Shown here piece by piece: positions 39,001 to 51,474 of a stretch of 64,000 bases of DNA (positions are counted from its first letter, which is position 1; each line of letters starts with the position of its first letter). The notes below the pieces were generated by a model. The model saw only the letters and a list, made by a program, of their open reading frames with translations, searched no databases and was not told the DNA's origin. Both the position numbers and the translations under genes were made by a program. The stretch spans positions 13,831,887 through 13,895,886 of the forward strand of contig CM119269.1 in the NCBI GenBank assembly GCA_051294375.1, given 5' to 3'. The stretch comes from Paraspadella gotoi. Its lineage: Eukaryota; Animalia; Chaetognatha.

Positions 39001-41270
39001 TTTTTCCGCCACCATGATATTACGTGTAAGCCAAGACAACCTAGCGCGTCCATCCAATACTAGATGTAATTATTATTTCACTTTGGTATGTGGTTTCCCT
39101 ATGTCTACGTCTTTAACATGAGCTAATTTAAGTTGTCGAATTCTTTTTCATTTATGATCGCCTTAAAACAGAGTCGGACGCAGGACCAAAGTTTCTCTCG
39201 AATACTCTCGCATTTCTCTTTTCCCTTTTTGCTACTTTAACCCGGCCAGGTGCACTCTAATGCGGCACTGGTTTTTTTTAGGAAATTTGTTGGCGTTAAG
39301 GTGAATACTCTCTTAGCCTACAACATATAAAATGGGGTTAGCATTCCTTGGACGGAACTCGTCTCTTGCACATAATATCGCCCGTGAGGCTTAAACAATC
39401 CCTTGAATTCTTGCAAAATTGGAATCGTGAAACACTTTATTGTGACAATTAAACTCCTTTTAGAAGTGACTCTCAAGGCGGATTGCGTTATCATTGAAGT
39501 TCGGAAGCTTATGCCTAACAGTTGCTTGACAAAACATTCCCGAGTCTATGTTACACTGTTAAGGGCACACATCGAAGTAGAAAAGTTAATTAAAGAACTG
39601 AGCACAAAAAAAAATATCTTTCGTAGTTTGGCCTGGTGTGAGTACGCATCTCTTCTAAATCTCAAATCAATAATTTGAATTGCTGATTTATTTCAAATCT
39701 CTGATTGATGTTTAACACGAAATTCGTGAGTGATAATAAGCTTTAGATTATTGATTTAGTTGGATTTAAAAAAAAAAAAAGTAGAAAATTCGTTCTCGCA
39801 ATGTTTTTGTCGACCATCCCCTAAAGTCCCGCCTTATGGTACCACCTCATAATTCTGGATTTCACGGGTTTTTTTCGGAGTGATCCCAAATATAAAGTAA
39901 CCCGTAATCCAAAAGCATGGTTCGAGAGGAGAGATCTGTAATAGGAATAAGACAAAAAGAAATAAGCTCTAGATAAGCAAGAAGGAAATCTTAGAAATGT
40001 TATTAACTATCGATTCAAACCTAAATATTTTTATTATTATTTTGGCTTAGATTTCCAAAAAATCAAACATCTTCTTTGTTAAAAGATGCAATTAGTTATT
40101 CAACCATATATTTATCTTTATCATCATTTCATAAAACTCTGCTAATATGATATCACAATTTATTCTTAAGGACTCCATGGTATAAATATTGAATTATTCA
40201 TCATTCTTACAATAGGAGTCACACGCAACCAATCCGTGAGTTGAGGATTGCAGTGTAACATCTGACTTGGCAAGATCTTCTTTCTGACAAGATCGAAGAA
40301 TCATATAAAAAACACGTTGTGACCTTGTATGCCAATTTCAGTTAAAAAACCAATCTGAAATAGTAGTGTTTGTTGAACATAACAGTAGTGCTTCAGTTTG
40401 AAAGCTTTGCCGCGTGAGATCGAGCGAGACAAATGTTGACGACTCGTCCATAATAGTTTAGGGCGTGAAGAATACCTCTATTCAGTTTCTAGAAGCAGAA
40501 CTACGCGTCGGGAAAGGTCTGGAAGAATGAAGAAAAAACAGTTGCGTGGCCCAATGTTGTCGCAGCGGCAAAATCAATCTTGCCTAGAGGAAGAACGTTA
40601 ACGAGCAATCGGGATAGTTTGCTTTGTGTGGAGCCTCCTCACTCGTCTCTTGCTTTATCCGCCTCCCTCTGCTCCTATCATTCAAGCCTTTCATGTTGTC
40701 TATTCCGATCTGACACTACTCGTCGTTTATGTTTCCGTTAGTTTTTTTCAAATTTCATTCAATTACAGTTTTACTTTTCATTAATTTCATCTTGCAACTT
40801 CGCATGTCAATTCATATTTACATTTGATTTCCCCAACTCTGCCTCAGGTAGATTGCTTCATCCAATTCATTCATTCCTTCATTTATTCATTTATTCATGT
40901 AAGTTTAGTAGTCTTAATTTCCTTTTAGCATTTCTACATATAATTAATTCAATTTATTACTATAATTGATTGATATATATATGTAACCCAAACTGATATT
41001 CTATCACACTCTTTAATCAAAGACCCTAAATATATTCGCACTTCATATTTTCGAACTATAACAGAAATTCGTCACGTCTTGACGGGTCTCCTTATTTTCT
41101 CAGTCCCCAATTTCATCATAAATTTGGAATTAAGTTTTTAGATTTAAAGATTTTGTTAGGCGACCCTTTTCGGTTCTCTTGAACTTAATTTTAAACTTAA
41201 TATATGAAATTGGTACAACCAATATAAAAATTATCCATTCAGTTAATAAAAGCTATCTTGCCCCTGACTT
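36085..41270. other. Error-rich, insertion-inflated copy of ~34.1-35.67 kb (probable raw long-read gap fill); part before ~38.7 kb unalignable by eye
   Basis: 38770-38900 mirrors 34183-34300. 39570-39625 mirrors 34580-34625. 40868-41270 is nearly identical to 35250-35650. The matches are collinear, with random-looking insertions, and the segment starts at an N-gap. Confidence 0.75.
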
Positions 41271-41704
41271 TGACAGCCTTTCTGTGTTTAGAGGCCTCCA
41301 TTCACTCTTACAAAGAAATAAATAGCAGGGTTCCCTGAAAGCTTTCAAGAGGTTCCAAATAAATCCTCGAAAGTGACCTTTACACTCTTCCTCACCAGTT
41401 CCCGTTCTTCACTCCCAGAGTACCTGGCTGATCCCTGTCAATGAAAGGGAGTGCAGAAGTGAGTGTTTATTGAAAGATTTATTGAGGTGGTTCAAGGGAC
41501 GTCTCAGCGAATGTTTCAATTGTCATGAGGAAAAACCACTCCCTATTATATATTATATAACCCTAATCTCTAACCCAATTCCTACTCCTTTACCTAATCC
41601 TTAAACCTTATATAAGTAGGAATTGGGTTAGAGATTAGGGTTATATAATATATAATATATATTAAGTTTAAAATTAAGTTCAAGAGAACAGAAAAGGGTC
41701 GCCT
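41158..41704. mobile_element. MITE-like element, ~550 bp, 48-bp terminal inverted repeats
   Basis: 41158-41205 (AGGCGACCCTTTTCGGTTCTCTTGAACTTAATTTTAAACTTAATATAT) is the reverse complement of 41657-41704 with 1 mismatch. The internal sequence recurs at 7733-7950 and 35533-35672. No clear TSD. Confidence 0.7.
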
Positions 41705-43750
41705 TTGGAAAAAAAAACCTAACGTTCCGCTCGCTTGACACTCACCTGAGATTCTCCGCGAATCGAGAGAAAAGAAAAGAGGAAAACGTGACACAAAATC
41801 AATCGAGTTAATTGCCTCAAATCCATTTTCACTACTTTTTTTTTTTCTTGTGTTTCGTTTTTGTTTTTGATCGAGATGAAGTCGCGGATAGAGAGAGAGT
41901 CGCTGATGGAGATATAGTCGCTCACGGATATTGAGTCATTGAGGGAGACAAGAGTCACTGACAGAGACGGAGTCACCGATTTAGCCCGAAGAAAATCATC
42001 TATGGAATTTTATTCTCACGAATGGAATCTTTTTTTTCTTCTTCAATCCTTCATTTCTCTTTCGCGTTTGTCGCCTAAAGTTTTTTTTTTCGCGCGAGTC
42101 TTTTGTATGACTTCAGTTTTCTGATTTTTTTTTGTTGTTTGTTTTCGTTTTGTTTTCTTTCGTTGATCGTCGTCGTCGTCGTCGTCGTTGTCGTCGTCGT
42201 TTTCTTCGTCGTCGTCGTTGTCGTCGTCGAGATCCTTGAATCGAGGAACTGTAAAAAAAATAAGGTTTTTTTTTNNNNNNNNNNNNNNNNNNNNNNNNNN
42301 NNNNNNNNNNNNNNNNNNNNNNNNNNNNNNNNNNNNNNNNNNNNNNNNNNNNNNNNNNNNNNNNNNNNNNNNNNNNNNNNNNNNNNNNNNNNNNNNNNNN
42401 NNNNNNNNNNNNNNNNNNNNNNNNNNNNNNNNNNNNNNNNNNNNNNNNNNNNNNNNNNNNNNNNNNNNNNNNNNNNNNNNNNNNNNNNNNNNNNNNNNNN
42501 NNNNNNNNNNNNNNNNNNNNNCTTTCTTGTCGCCTCTTCTTTTTTTCTGCCAACGCGACTTTATATATTTTATTACATATTTATTTACGTTTCTTTCGTG
42601 ACTATATAATTTTTAAAATATTAAAGTAATAACAAAGTTTTTTTTTTTGAAACACTGGTACAGAATGCGATGCTGTTGGACACAGTAGTCAGTTATCTAG
42701 GGTTAAGATTAATCGGGGTTTGCTGGAGTGATAAGACTTATTCGAGCAGGGCAAAAAAAAGAAGAAAAAAGTGAGCGTTTTTTATTTTTTCAATCTAGGG
42801 CGTTATATAGCGGCTTTCCGGGTTTGTGAAGAATCAGATAAAAGATTAATTAAAACGAGCACTTCAAATTTTCTTAAAATTTTTTTTTTCTTCTTTTTAT
42901 TTTATTTTCTATTTTATTTTTTGAAAACCAGAAAATAAAATCGAGATTTTGTCCGAAAAAAAAGTGACTTATGAATTCCTGTAAAGTTTTCTTTTTTTTT
43001 AAATTATTTCTTAAAAGTGAAATCGACGTCTTGTTTATCTTAAGAAAAGAAAAAAATGTTTGTAAACTAAGAGGCAAAAAGTTCTTAACGTCCCTATTGC
43101 TATTTAATCAACCGAAAAGTATGTTCCTATAGAAAAACAGAAGGGGAAAATAATTCGTGGCGGAAAAAAAAAGGGGGAAAATATACTATATATTAAAAGA
43201 AGGATGGAAATGCCGAGATATTTTTAAGTATGAAAATATGCGAGAGAAAATTGTACGAGACGGCATATCTTAAAAAAAAAAAAAAAAAAGAAAAGTACTG
43301 CCCCGCAGAAAAAGTGATCCGGAAAAAAAAGCAGGAAAACCTGTTTTTGTTTATAAACTTCTTTCGATGGTATTTAGAAGCGCATTTGAAAAGATTTGTT
43401 TAAAATATTTTATTTCGTAAATATTTGATCGAAGTGAAAAAGTGAAAAAAGGAAAAAAAAAAAAAAAACCCGACGTGAATTCGTCGACTGGATTATTCCT
43501 CCGAGTGCGTGAGGCTCGTCGATGAAGAATGTAGTAGTTTCGTATTAAATATTAAAATAGTACAAATAAAGATTATTTCATGAAAGATGAAATTTATTAA
43601 TCACAGTAGAACAAACCCTTTCAATTTAAAATAATTACTGGCTCTATTTTAAAAGATTTTTCAAAAATGTAAAAAAATTGATTAAGAGTGTTCACATTTC
43701 ATTTTAGAATTTTAGAAATACGCGCGTGAGAGTGAGAGAGAAAGAGAGAG

Positions 43751-43813
<63 letters not shown>

Positions 43814-44061
43814 GAGAGAAAGAGAGAAAGAGAGAGAGTACGAGGGTAAATAGGGTAAGAGAGTAAGTGGTTTGAAGTTAGGGAGAAGAAAACCGGAGGA
43901 GGAGGATGAGGAGGAGGAGGTGGAGGAAGAATAGAAGGTGGAAGAGGATGAGGATGAGGAGGAGGAGGAAGAGGATGAAAAGGAGGAAGAGGATCTACCA
44001 ACTCCATGAATCTAATAGAATCATTAAATCTGAATTATAATTGGAATTGAGACAAGGGAGG

Positions 44062-44133
<72 letters not shown>

Positions 44134-45042
44134 AAGAGAAAAGGGAGCGTTATGATAAGAAATTAGTTTTAATACTTTACAATTATGATATTTTCCAACT
44201 CATATTCAAACAAATTTTCCGTATGTTTTCCCTTATTTCTGTTTTTAAAAATATCTTGAAAAATATTTGAACTTCTTTTTGATTATCATTTTTATGCCGA
44301 TCGAGTAAAATGGTTTTTTTTTCACAAAAAACGAGATAAAAATAGATACAAAAAAAAAGTTTGTTGTACCTGATATAAAATTTTGTGAGCGAAAATCAAA
44401 GACTAATTTAAAGTAGGCACATTTCATGGATTGGAAGGGTGAAGGGAGCGGACAGGGGAGAGAGGGCAGAGAGAGAAAGGGCAAAGGAGAGAGGGCAGAG
44501 AAGGAAGGGCAGGGGATAGAGGGCAGAGAAGAGAAGGAAGGAGAGAAAGGAAAAGCCAGAAAGATGGCAAATGAGGGAAGACAAACCATAGAGGAGAAAG
44601 CAGGGGAGAGGGAGCATGGGAGAGAGGGCTGGGTAGAGGTGGGGAGAAAGGCCAGAAAAGAGAAAGCAGGAAAGAGAGGGCATGAAAGAAAGGGCAAGTG
44701 CCAATACGATCAGCGGCCATCGAAAAAAAAATCACGTTTAACGAAGTTCAAAGAGAGAGAAACGGTCGGCCTCCCTCCGCGGGGTGCCATCGGAAAAATG
44801 GAGATGATGAGTAGAGATCCATGGTGCGTTTCATCTGAAGATGGTTAAATCACGGGGTGTGAGAATATAGAATGTAAAATAGAGTAGTATTTGGAACGAC
44901 GACGACAATGACGACGACGATCGGTAAATTCGTACTTAACCTAAAAATCTTTTTTTATACTACATACAAAATTTCTCACTTTCTCTCCCTGTCTCTTCCT
45001 TTTTTTCTCTTTCTTTCACTCTCTCTCCCCCTCTCTTTTTTC

Positions 45043-45089
<47 letters not shown>

Positions 45090-45256
45090 CTCCTCTCCTT
45101 CTCTCTCTCTCTCTCTCTCATTCACCCAGGTCGCCCACCCGCCAGTGTTGAATCGAACTCAGGAAAAAAGGGCGGCCTTTGATCCGGCGTAATTCACAAA
45201 GAATTGAGCTGATTATTTTTTATGTGATTATTAGGTGATCTGTTTCTTTCCTTTTC

Positions 45257-45291
<35 letters not shown>

Positions 45292-46110
45292 NNNNNNNNN
45301 NNNNNNNNNNNNNNNNNNNNNNNNNNNNNNNNNNNNNNNNNNNNNNNNNNNNNNNNNNNNNNNNNNNNNNNNNNNNNNNNNNNNNNNNNNNNNNNNNNNN
45401 NNNNNNNNNNNNNNNNNNNNNNNNNNNNNNNNNNNNNNNNNNNNNNNNNNNNNNNNNNNNNNNNNNNNNNNNNNNNNNNNNNNNNNNNNNNNNNNNNNNN
45501 NNNNNNNNNNNNNNNNNNNNNNNNNNNNNNNNNNNNNNNNNNNNNNNNNNNNNNNNNNNNNNNNNNNNNNNNNNNNNNNNNNNNNNNNNNNNNNNNNNNN
45601 NNNNNNNNNNNNNNNNNNNNNNNNNNNNNNNNNNNNNNNNNNNNNNNNNNNNNNNNNNNNNNNNNNNNNNNNNNNNNNNNNNNNNNNNNNNNNNNNNNNN
45701 NNNNNNNNNNNNNNNNNNNNNNNNNNNNNNNNNNNNNNNNNNNNNNNNNNNNNNNNNNNNNNNNNNNNNNNNNNNNNNNNNNNNNNNNNNNNNNNNNNNN
45801 NNNNNNNNNNNNNNNNNNNNNNNNNNNNNNNNNNNNNNNNNNNNNNNNNNNNNNNNNNNNNNNNNNNNNNNNNNNNNNNNNNNNNNNNNNNNNNNNNNNN
45901 NNNNNNNNNNNNNNNNNNNNNNNNNNNNNNNNNNNNNNNNNNNNNNNNNNNNNNNNNNNNNNNNNNNNNNNNNNNNNNNNNNNNNNNNNNNNNNNNNNNN
46001 NNNNNNNNNNNNNNNNNNNNNNNNNNNNNNNNNNNNNNNNNNNNNNNNNNNNNNNNNNNNNNNNNNNNNNNNNNNNNNNNNNNNNNNNNNNNNNNNNNNN
46101 NNNNNNNNNN

Positions 46111-46144
<34 letters not shown>

Positions 46145-46764
46145 TGGGAGAACTCAACACTGGGCGACGGATAGAGAGTGAGATAGAAGGACCTGCAATT
46201 CTCAGGCGTTGTGTCGCCTTTGCTATATTGCACTTATCATTTGTTTTCTTTTAGTCTCGTTTCAAACCTCATTTGCATATTTATTTTTTTTTTTAAGTAT
46301 CGAGTTATAAAGAAAATGATTATTTTTTTTCATTTTAAATATCGTCACTTCACAAGAATGAAACTCTTACTTACAAAGTGGTTTGTGCGAAAATAGGGTA
46401 AGCGGAATAGACAAGCAAAGAGAAAGACAAGCAGACAGACAGACAGACACAGACAGACAGACAGACGGGTAAAAAAAATTTGACTGAGAAAAAGTTTCAT
46501 GGGTTCAACTTGAAAGAAGCGCAAAAGAAAAATTGATTAAAAGAAGAAAGAATCGGAAGGTGGATCGAATTCTGCAGACGAGATATAAGAAGATGAGGTT
46601 GAAGAAAGAGGAAGTTGAGTTGAGAAGAGAGGATGAATAAAATAAGACCAGAGATGAGCCTATAAAATGGAATATTATAAGGGCTGAGAAGTTAAGAGAA
46701 AAATATAACTTGGAAGGGATGACGTATGAAATGTCGCAATAGATGAAAGAGATGAGAAAGGAGA

Positions 46765-47279
46765 AGGGATGAAATAAGAAAACCTGGTTGAAAAGATGGG
46801 AAAATAATTTATAAGGAGAAGGGATGAAATAGGAAAACCTGGGTGAGAAGATGGGAAGATAATTTGAAAGGGGAAGTGATGAAATAAAACCTGGGTGAAA
46901 AGATGGGAAGATAATTTNNNNNNNNNNNNNNNNNNNNNNNNNNNNNNNNNNNNNNNNNNNNNNNNNNNNNNNNNNNNNNNNNNNNNNNNNNNNNNNNNNN
47001 NNNNNNNNNNNNNNNNNNNNNNNNNNNNNNNNNNNNNNNNNNNNNNNNNNNNNNNNNNNNNNNNNNNNNNNNNNNNNNNNNNNNNNNNNNNNNNNNNNNN
47101 NNNNNNNNNNNNNNNNNNNNNNNNNNNNNNNNNNNNNNNNNNNNNNNNNNNNNNNNNNNNNNNNNNNNNNNNNNNNNNNNNNNNNNNNNNNNNNNNNNNN
47201 NNGATGAAATAAAACCTGGGTGAAAAGATGGGAAGATAATTTGAAAGGGGAAGTGATGAAATTAAACCTGGGTGAGAAG
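46765..47279. repeat. ~52-bp minisatellite (GATGAAATAAAACCTGGGTGAAAAGATGGGAAGATAATTTGAAAGGGGAAGT) spanning an N-gap
   Basis: About three copies lie before the gap and further copies after it. Confidence 0.85.
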
Positions 47280-47351
47280 NNNNNNNNNNGGATCGCGTCT
47301 CAGACGAAGCCCCGCCCACTTCCGGTGGAAAAATTCGAGGGGGAAATCCGC

Positions 47352-47430
<79 letters not shown>

Positions 47431-47935
47431 CTACGTGGGCAGGAACTTTGTCGACTGTTTATCTGTCGACTATTTTTGACCAAAGAAGCATCTTTTTTCT
47501 GTATTTTAATGGAAAAAAAATCGCGTTTGTATAAGAACATAATAAATAGATACTAAAATACTAAAATTGACTTTTTACCCAACTCTGACCTCTCTCTCTC
47601 TTGCACCTTCATTCCTATCGTGTTAATGACAGAAGTTGTTGAGTTGTAAGGAAACTTTTTTTAATTCAATTTACATATTGTAACAGATTAGATTATCTCC
47701 CACAAAGAGAAATTCTTTTTTTAGGGATTTTATGTCAGTGAGACTTTAAATGAGATTTCATCATGAGCTTTACAACTGGAAGCATTTTCTTATATTAAAA
47801 GTTTGAACGATGATTGTTTATGTTAAACTTATTATCATGACCACGTGAGACGCCACGGCTGTCGTCGTCGTCGTCGTCGTCGTCGTCTATATTTCTTGTG
47901 GTCGTCGATTTCTGAAAGATGGAAGAAGGACGATA

Positions 47936-47975
<40 letters not shown>

Positions 47976-48154
47976 AGGCTAAGATGGTACAGACGTTGAG
48001 TGATGCTTTATGAATGTAAATTAACGACGACAACAACAACAACGACAACAACAACGATGACGATGGAATCAACGAAGATGATAAAAAACAAAAATAAAAA
48101 CAAAACAAAACAGTTTTTTTTTATTCCAAAATGAAAGATGACGTCGATAATGAA

Positions 48155-48196
<42 letters not shown>

Positions 48197-48879
48197 AACG
48201 ACGACGTAAGAAGAAAATAAAAGCGACGATGTAGCGTGAAAATCTTGGGACCGTGAGGGAGTGAGGCCGTGACAAACGACGCCCGTGAGTTTTCATGACT
48301 CTGCGCGCGTGAAGACTGACGAGGATGAAGTGGGTGAACGAATTGTGTGAACCGATCGTGAAATGAGGGGAGGAGGGCTGAGGACTGTGAGGAGTGAGGC
48401 GAAAGGAAGAAGTGAAAATGTGAGGGGGAAAAGGACAAAGGAAAAAGATGAGAGGTAAAAGAAAAAGAAACCAATTCATGTGACAATACTTGTGAACTGT
48501 GAATCGCTTGTTAAAGAGTTGAAAAGTTTAGTGATACGGTATTAGTGGTTCTATATTTGTAGATTTAAATCATATATATGAAAATCGTTATACTACGAAA
48601 AATTTTTTATGTTTGTATAGTTTTTAAATCTGAATATAACTGATGTTCAAAAAAGATGACATTTGAAAAAGATGAACAAAAAGATGACAGACGAAAAAGA
48701 TGACAGATGTAAAAGATGATAGACTAAAACTAAAGCCCAAGGTTGTCTTTCTCATAAATAAATTAAATAAATCGATTTAAATAAAATGATAGGCACTTTT
48801 TCGTCTAGTTGAACTTTGTTTCGCAGTTTTAAAGAGTTTTAAACTCGTTTAAAATATTCGTCATTTATACTAAAAAATT

Positions 48880-49139
48880 AAAAATGAGCGATTGGTAAGA
48901 ATCAGGAACGAGGAACCTCTGATGACGTTTCGCAGGACCATAGCTTTCCCCCTACGAATCCGCCTCAGACGACACGACGCCCGGGCACAACGCTGTTGTT
49001 TCCAGCATGTGGAGCAAGTCGTGACAGCGGGTACCCTGTAGGTTGGAATATCAGTATTCCCCGCAGCGCCACCTGATCAACCAAGATCGCCAGGCTCCCT
49101 AAGTTCTCAGGGATTACAGGTGATAACCAAACCCGCCTG
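48880..49139 (-). ncRNA. SRP (7SL)-like RNA, ~255 nt, divergent S domain
   Basis: The minus-strand 5' end folds as an Alu domain: CAGGC-[GGT..ACC]-UGUAA-[UCCCUGAG..CUUAGGGA]-GCCUG. The next segment pairs with the 3' end as in helix 5 (GCGAU/AUCGC, UGGU/ACCA, GAUCAGG/CCUGAUU, GCGGGGAAU/GUUCCUCGU, CUGAU/AUCAG). A T5 pol III-type terminator follows at 48884-48880. G-U wobbles favour the minus strand. Folded by eye only. Confidence 0.68.
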
Positions 49140-49470
49140 ATTAAAGACAGCGATAAGTGAATTAGTGATTCTAGTGAATTTATTGATTCGGAATTAAAAA
49201 TTAATATATCGATTGATTTTTTTAAGTATTTTTTTAAAGGTTTATGTTTTTCTTGATGTTACTTATATTTTATAATTTCACTTTACCTTCTAATTTCATT
49301 AAGAACTCTGATTTATTTCAACTGAAACTGTTTGATTTTATTGTAAAGTGTAGTAAATTGGGTAAGGAAAGGTTTTTTTATTTTAAATTAATTAATTCTA
49401 AAGAAAAGAAGAAACAAAAACGGAAACCACGAATCGGGGATTGAAATACGAAAACATTGACGGTCGTCAA

Positions 49471-49514
<44 letters not shown>

Positions 49515-50965
49515 TTTGAGAAATAGGAAGAGTCGAAAGTCGCAGTCAATTTGGTGGCGGAAAAAAAAGGGGAAGAAAAAAAAGGTGAGGACGATGAATC
49601 TTTGGTCGTGAAGTCGCGAGGTCGTGAGGTCGCCGGAGCTCGTGCGGCGATGAGAGGGTAAGTGAGCGTCGGTGAAAAGTAGGGAGAGAAAGAACGGCGA
49701 GGGTGAGGCAGAGATCAAAAAGGAAAGTTAGACTATGGGGGTCGAATGGTCAAATGCCTGGTTTTAGAGTATTAGAAAGTATAAGTAAATAAAGAAAGAT
49801 TTTTTTTGTTGGTGAAATGAATAAAAAGTTCGATAAGCGTCACAATAACGTGAGCTCAAGATATGGAATTTAAAAAAAACGCCAATCACCGGTGAAAGTT
49901 GATATCAAAAGTTCATATTTAATATGCAAAAAGCGGCGTTGACGTTGATGAGTTGAAGTCTGAATTAATTACATGAAATCTACGTAATTGAAAAATTTCC
50001 ACGCGAATATAACGCACATTTTTATTTTATTTTGTCTTCTTCGTCGTCTTAAAACAAAAAAACTGTCTTGTTTATTAGAAAAACTTTTTTAAAAAATATT
50101 AGAAAAATAACAAATAATGATTAAATTTAAAGAAACCCAAGAAAACGAAAATTTGGTTGAACTGAAGTCTGTACGGTCGAATGTCCGACGTCGAAGATCG
50201 AAAAAGGAAAGAATCGATCTCGTCTTTTGATCGAAGCGAGAAAAAGACAATGACCAGGAGGAGGAGGAGGAGGAGGAGGAGGAGAAGGGGGAGGAGGAGG
50301 AAAGGACGATGGAAGGGGGAGGAGAAGGGGTTGAAGACAAATAGAAAGGGAGGGAGAGATGAGGGACAATACAGAGTTGAGAGAGAGAGAGAGAGGGGGA
50401 GAGAGAGGTGGTTTCCATAAGCGGACATTTGAAGAAAGATAGAAAAAAAAATAAAGAAAGAGAGAAAGAAAGAAAGAAAGAAAAAAGAAAGAGAGAAAAA
50501 CAGAAAAAAAAAGAAAACGATAGAAAAAAAGTGAGTCAAAGAAAACGCGCCGGAAGACAATAAAGAAAAAAAAGGATTGGTAGGCCGACTAAGACGACGA
50601 CGACGACGACGACAACAACAACAATTTTCGGAAGTCCGTTGGGACACTTTTCACGGTTCATCGTTTATGATGAGAGGAAGAATTACGAAGTAGGTGTTGA
50701 CAGCGACGACAAAAATGACCCAAACAACAACAACAACAACTGAAACAAAACCCAGGAGGAACTCAAACAATTTACGAGCAAAAANNNNNNNNNNNNNNNN
50801 NNNNNNNNNCTGTGAAAAGAAAAAAGAAAGAAAAGAAAGAAAAGAAAGAAAGAAAGAAAAGAAAAGAAAGAAAGAAAGAGAAGAAAGAAAGAAAGAAAGA
50901 AAGAAGGAAAGAAATACAAGATAGAGAACCAATCATCCATATCCGTTCATTCTGTGTGTGATAGG

Positions 50966-51073
<108 letters not shown>

Positions 51074-51474
51074 AAGAGAGAGAGACAATCTCACGTGACT
51101 CTCTACAAATTTGGTAGTCCATCGAGAAGCCATCGAAAAAAGCCTTTGATGAGCCGCAGGCGTGAATCGTGAATCGCTGTGGTCACCGCCGAGCAAATCC
51201 TCGTGAGACGAAGACGAAACGTGAGCCGTGAATTCTTTTTACATGAGGAGGTGTCACTGGTGTCCCTCGTGTCACAAGATCGAGTTGTGCGCTGTGAAAA
51301 TCGCAGTGAAATTGAACAGCAGATAAGAAAGTGATATGATATCCGACCCAAAACTCGTTGAGCAATAAATCGGTTGAAGTTGCGAAAATTGTGAAATTGT
51401 GAAATTGTGAATTGTGAAAATTGTGAAATTGTGAAATTGTGAAATTGTGAAACTCGTCGAGTCTGAGGTGATTT

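Noticed and set aside
42103-47556. ORFs spanning X-runs and (SL)n/(ER)n peptides
   Set aside because: Produced by N-gaps and (GA)n microsatellites.
48915-48975. Hammerhead ribozyme (CTGATGA on plus; GAAACGTC on minus)
   Set aside because: The CUGANGA and GAAA core elements fall on opposite strands and do not flank a common stem II.
49072-49095. 7SK-like GAUC...GAUC hairpin
   Set aside because: The same bases pair more extensively with the 3' end as SRP-type helix 5, and no 7SK 3' hairpin is seen.
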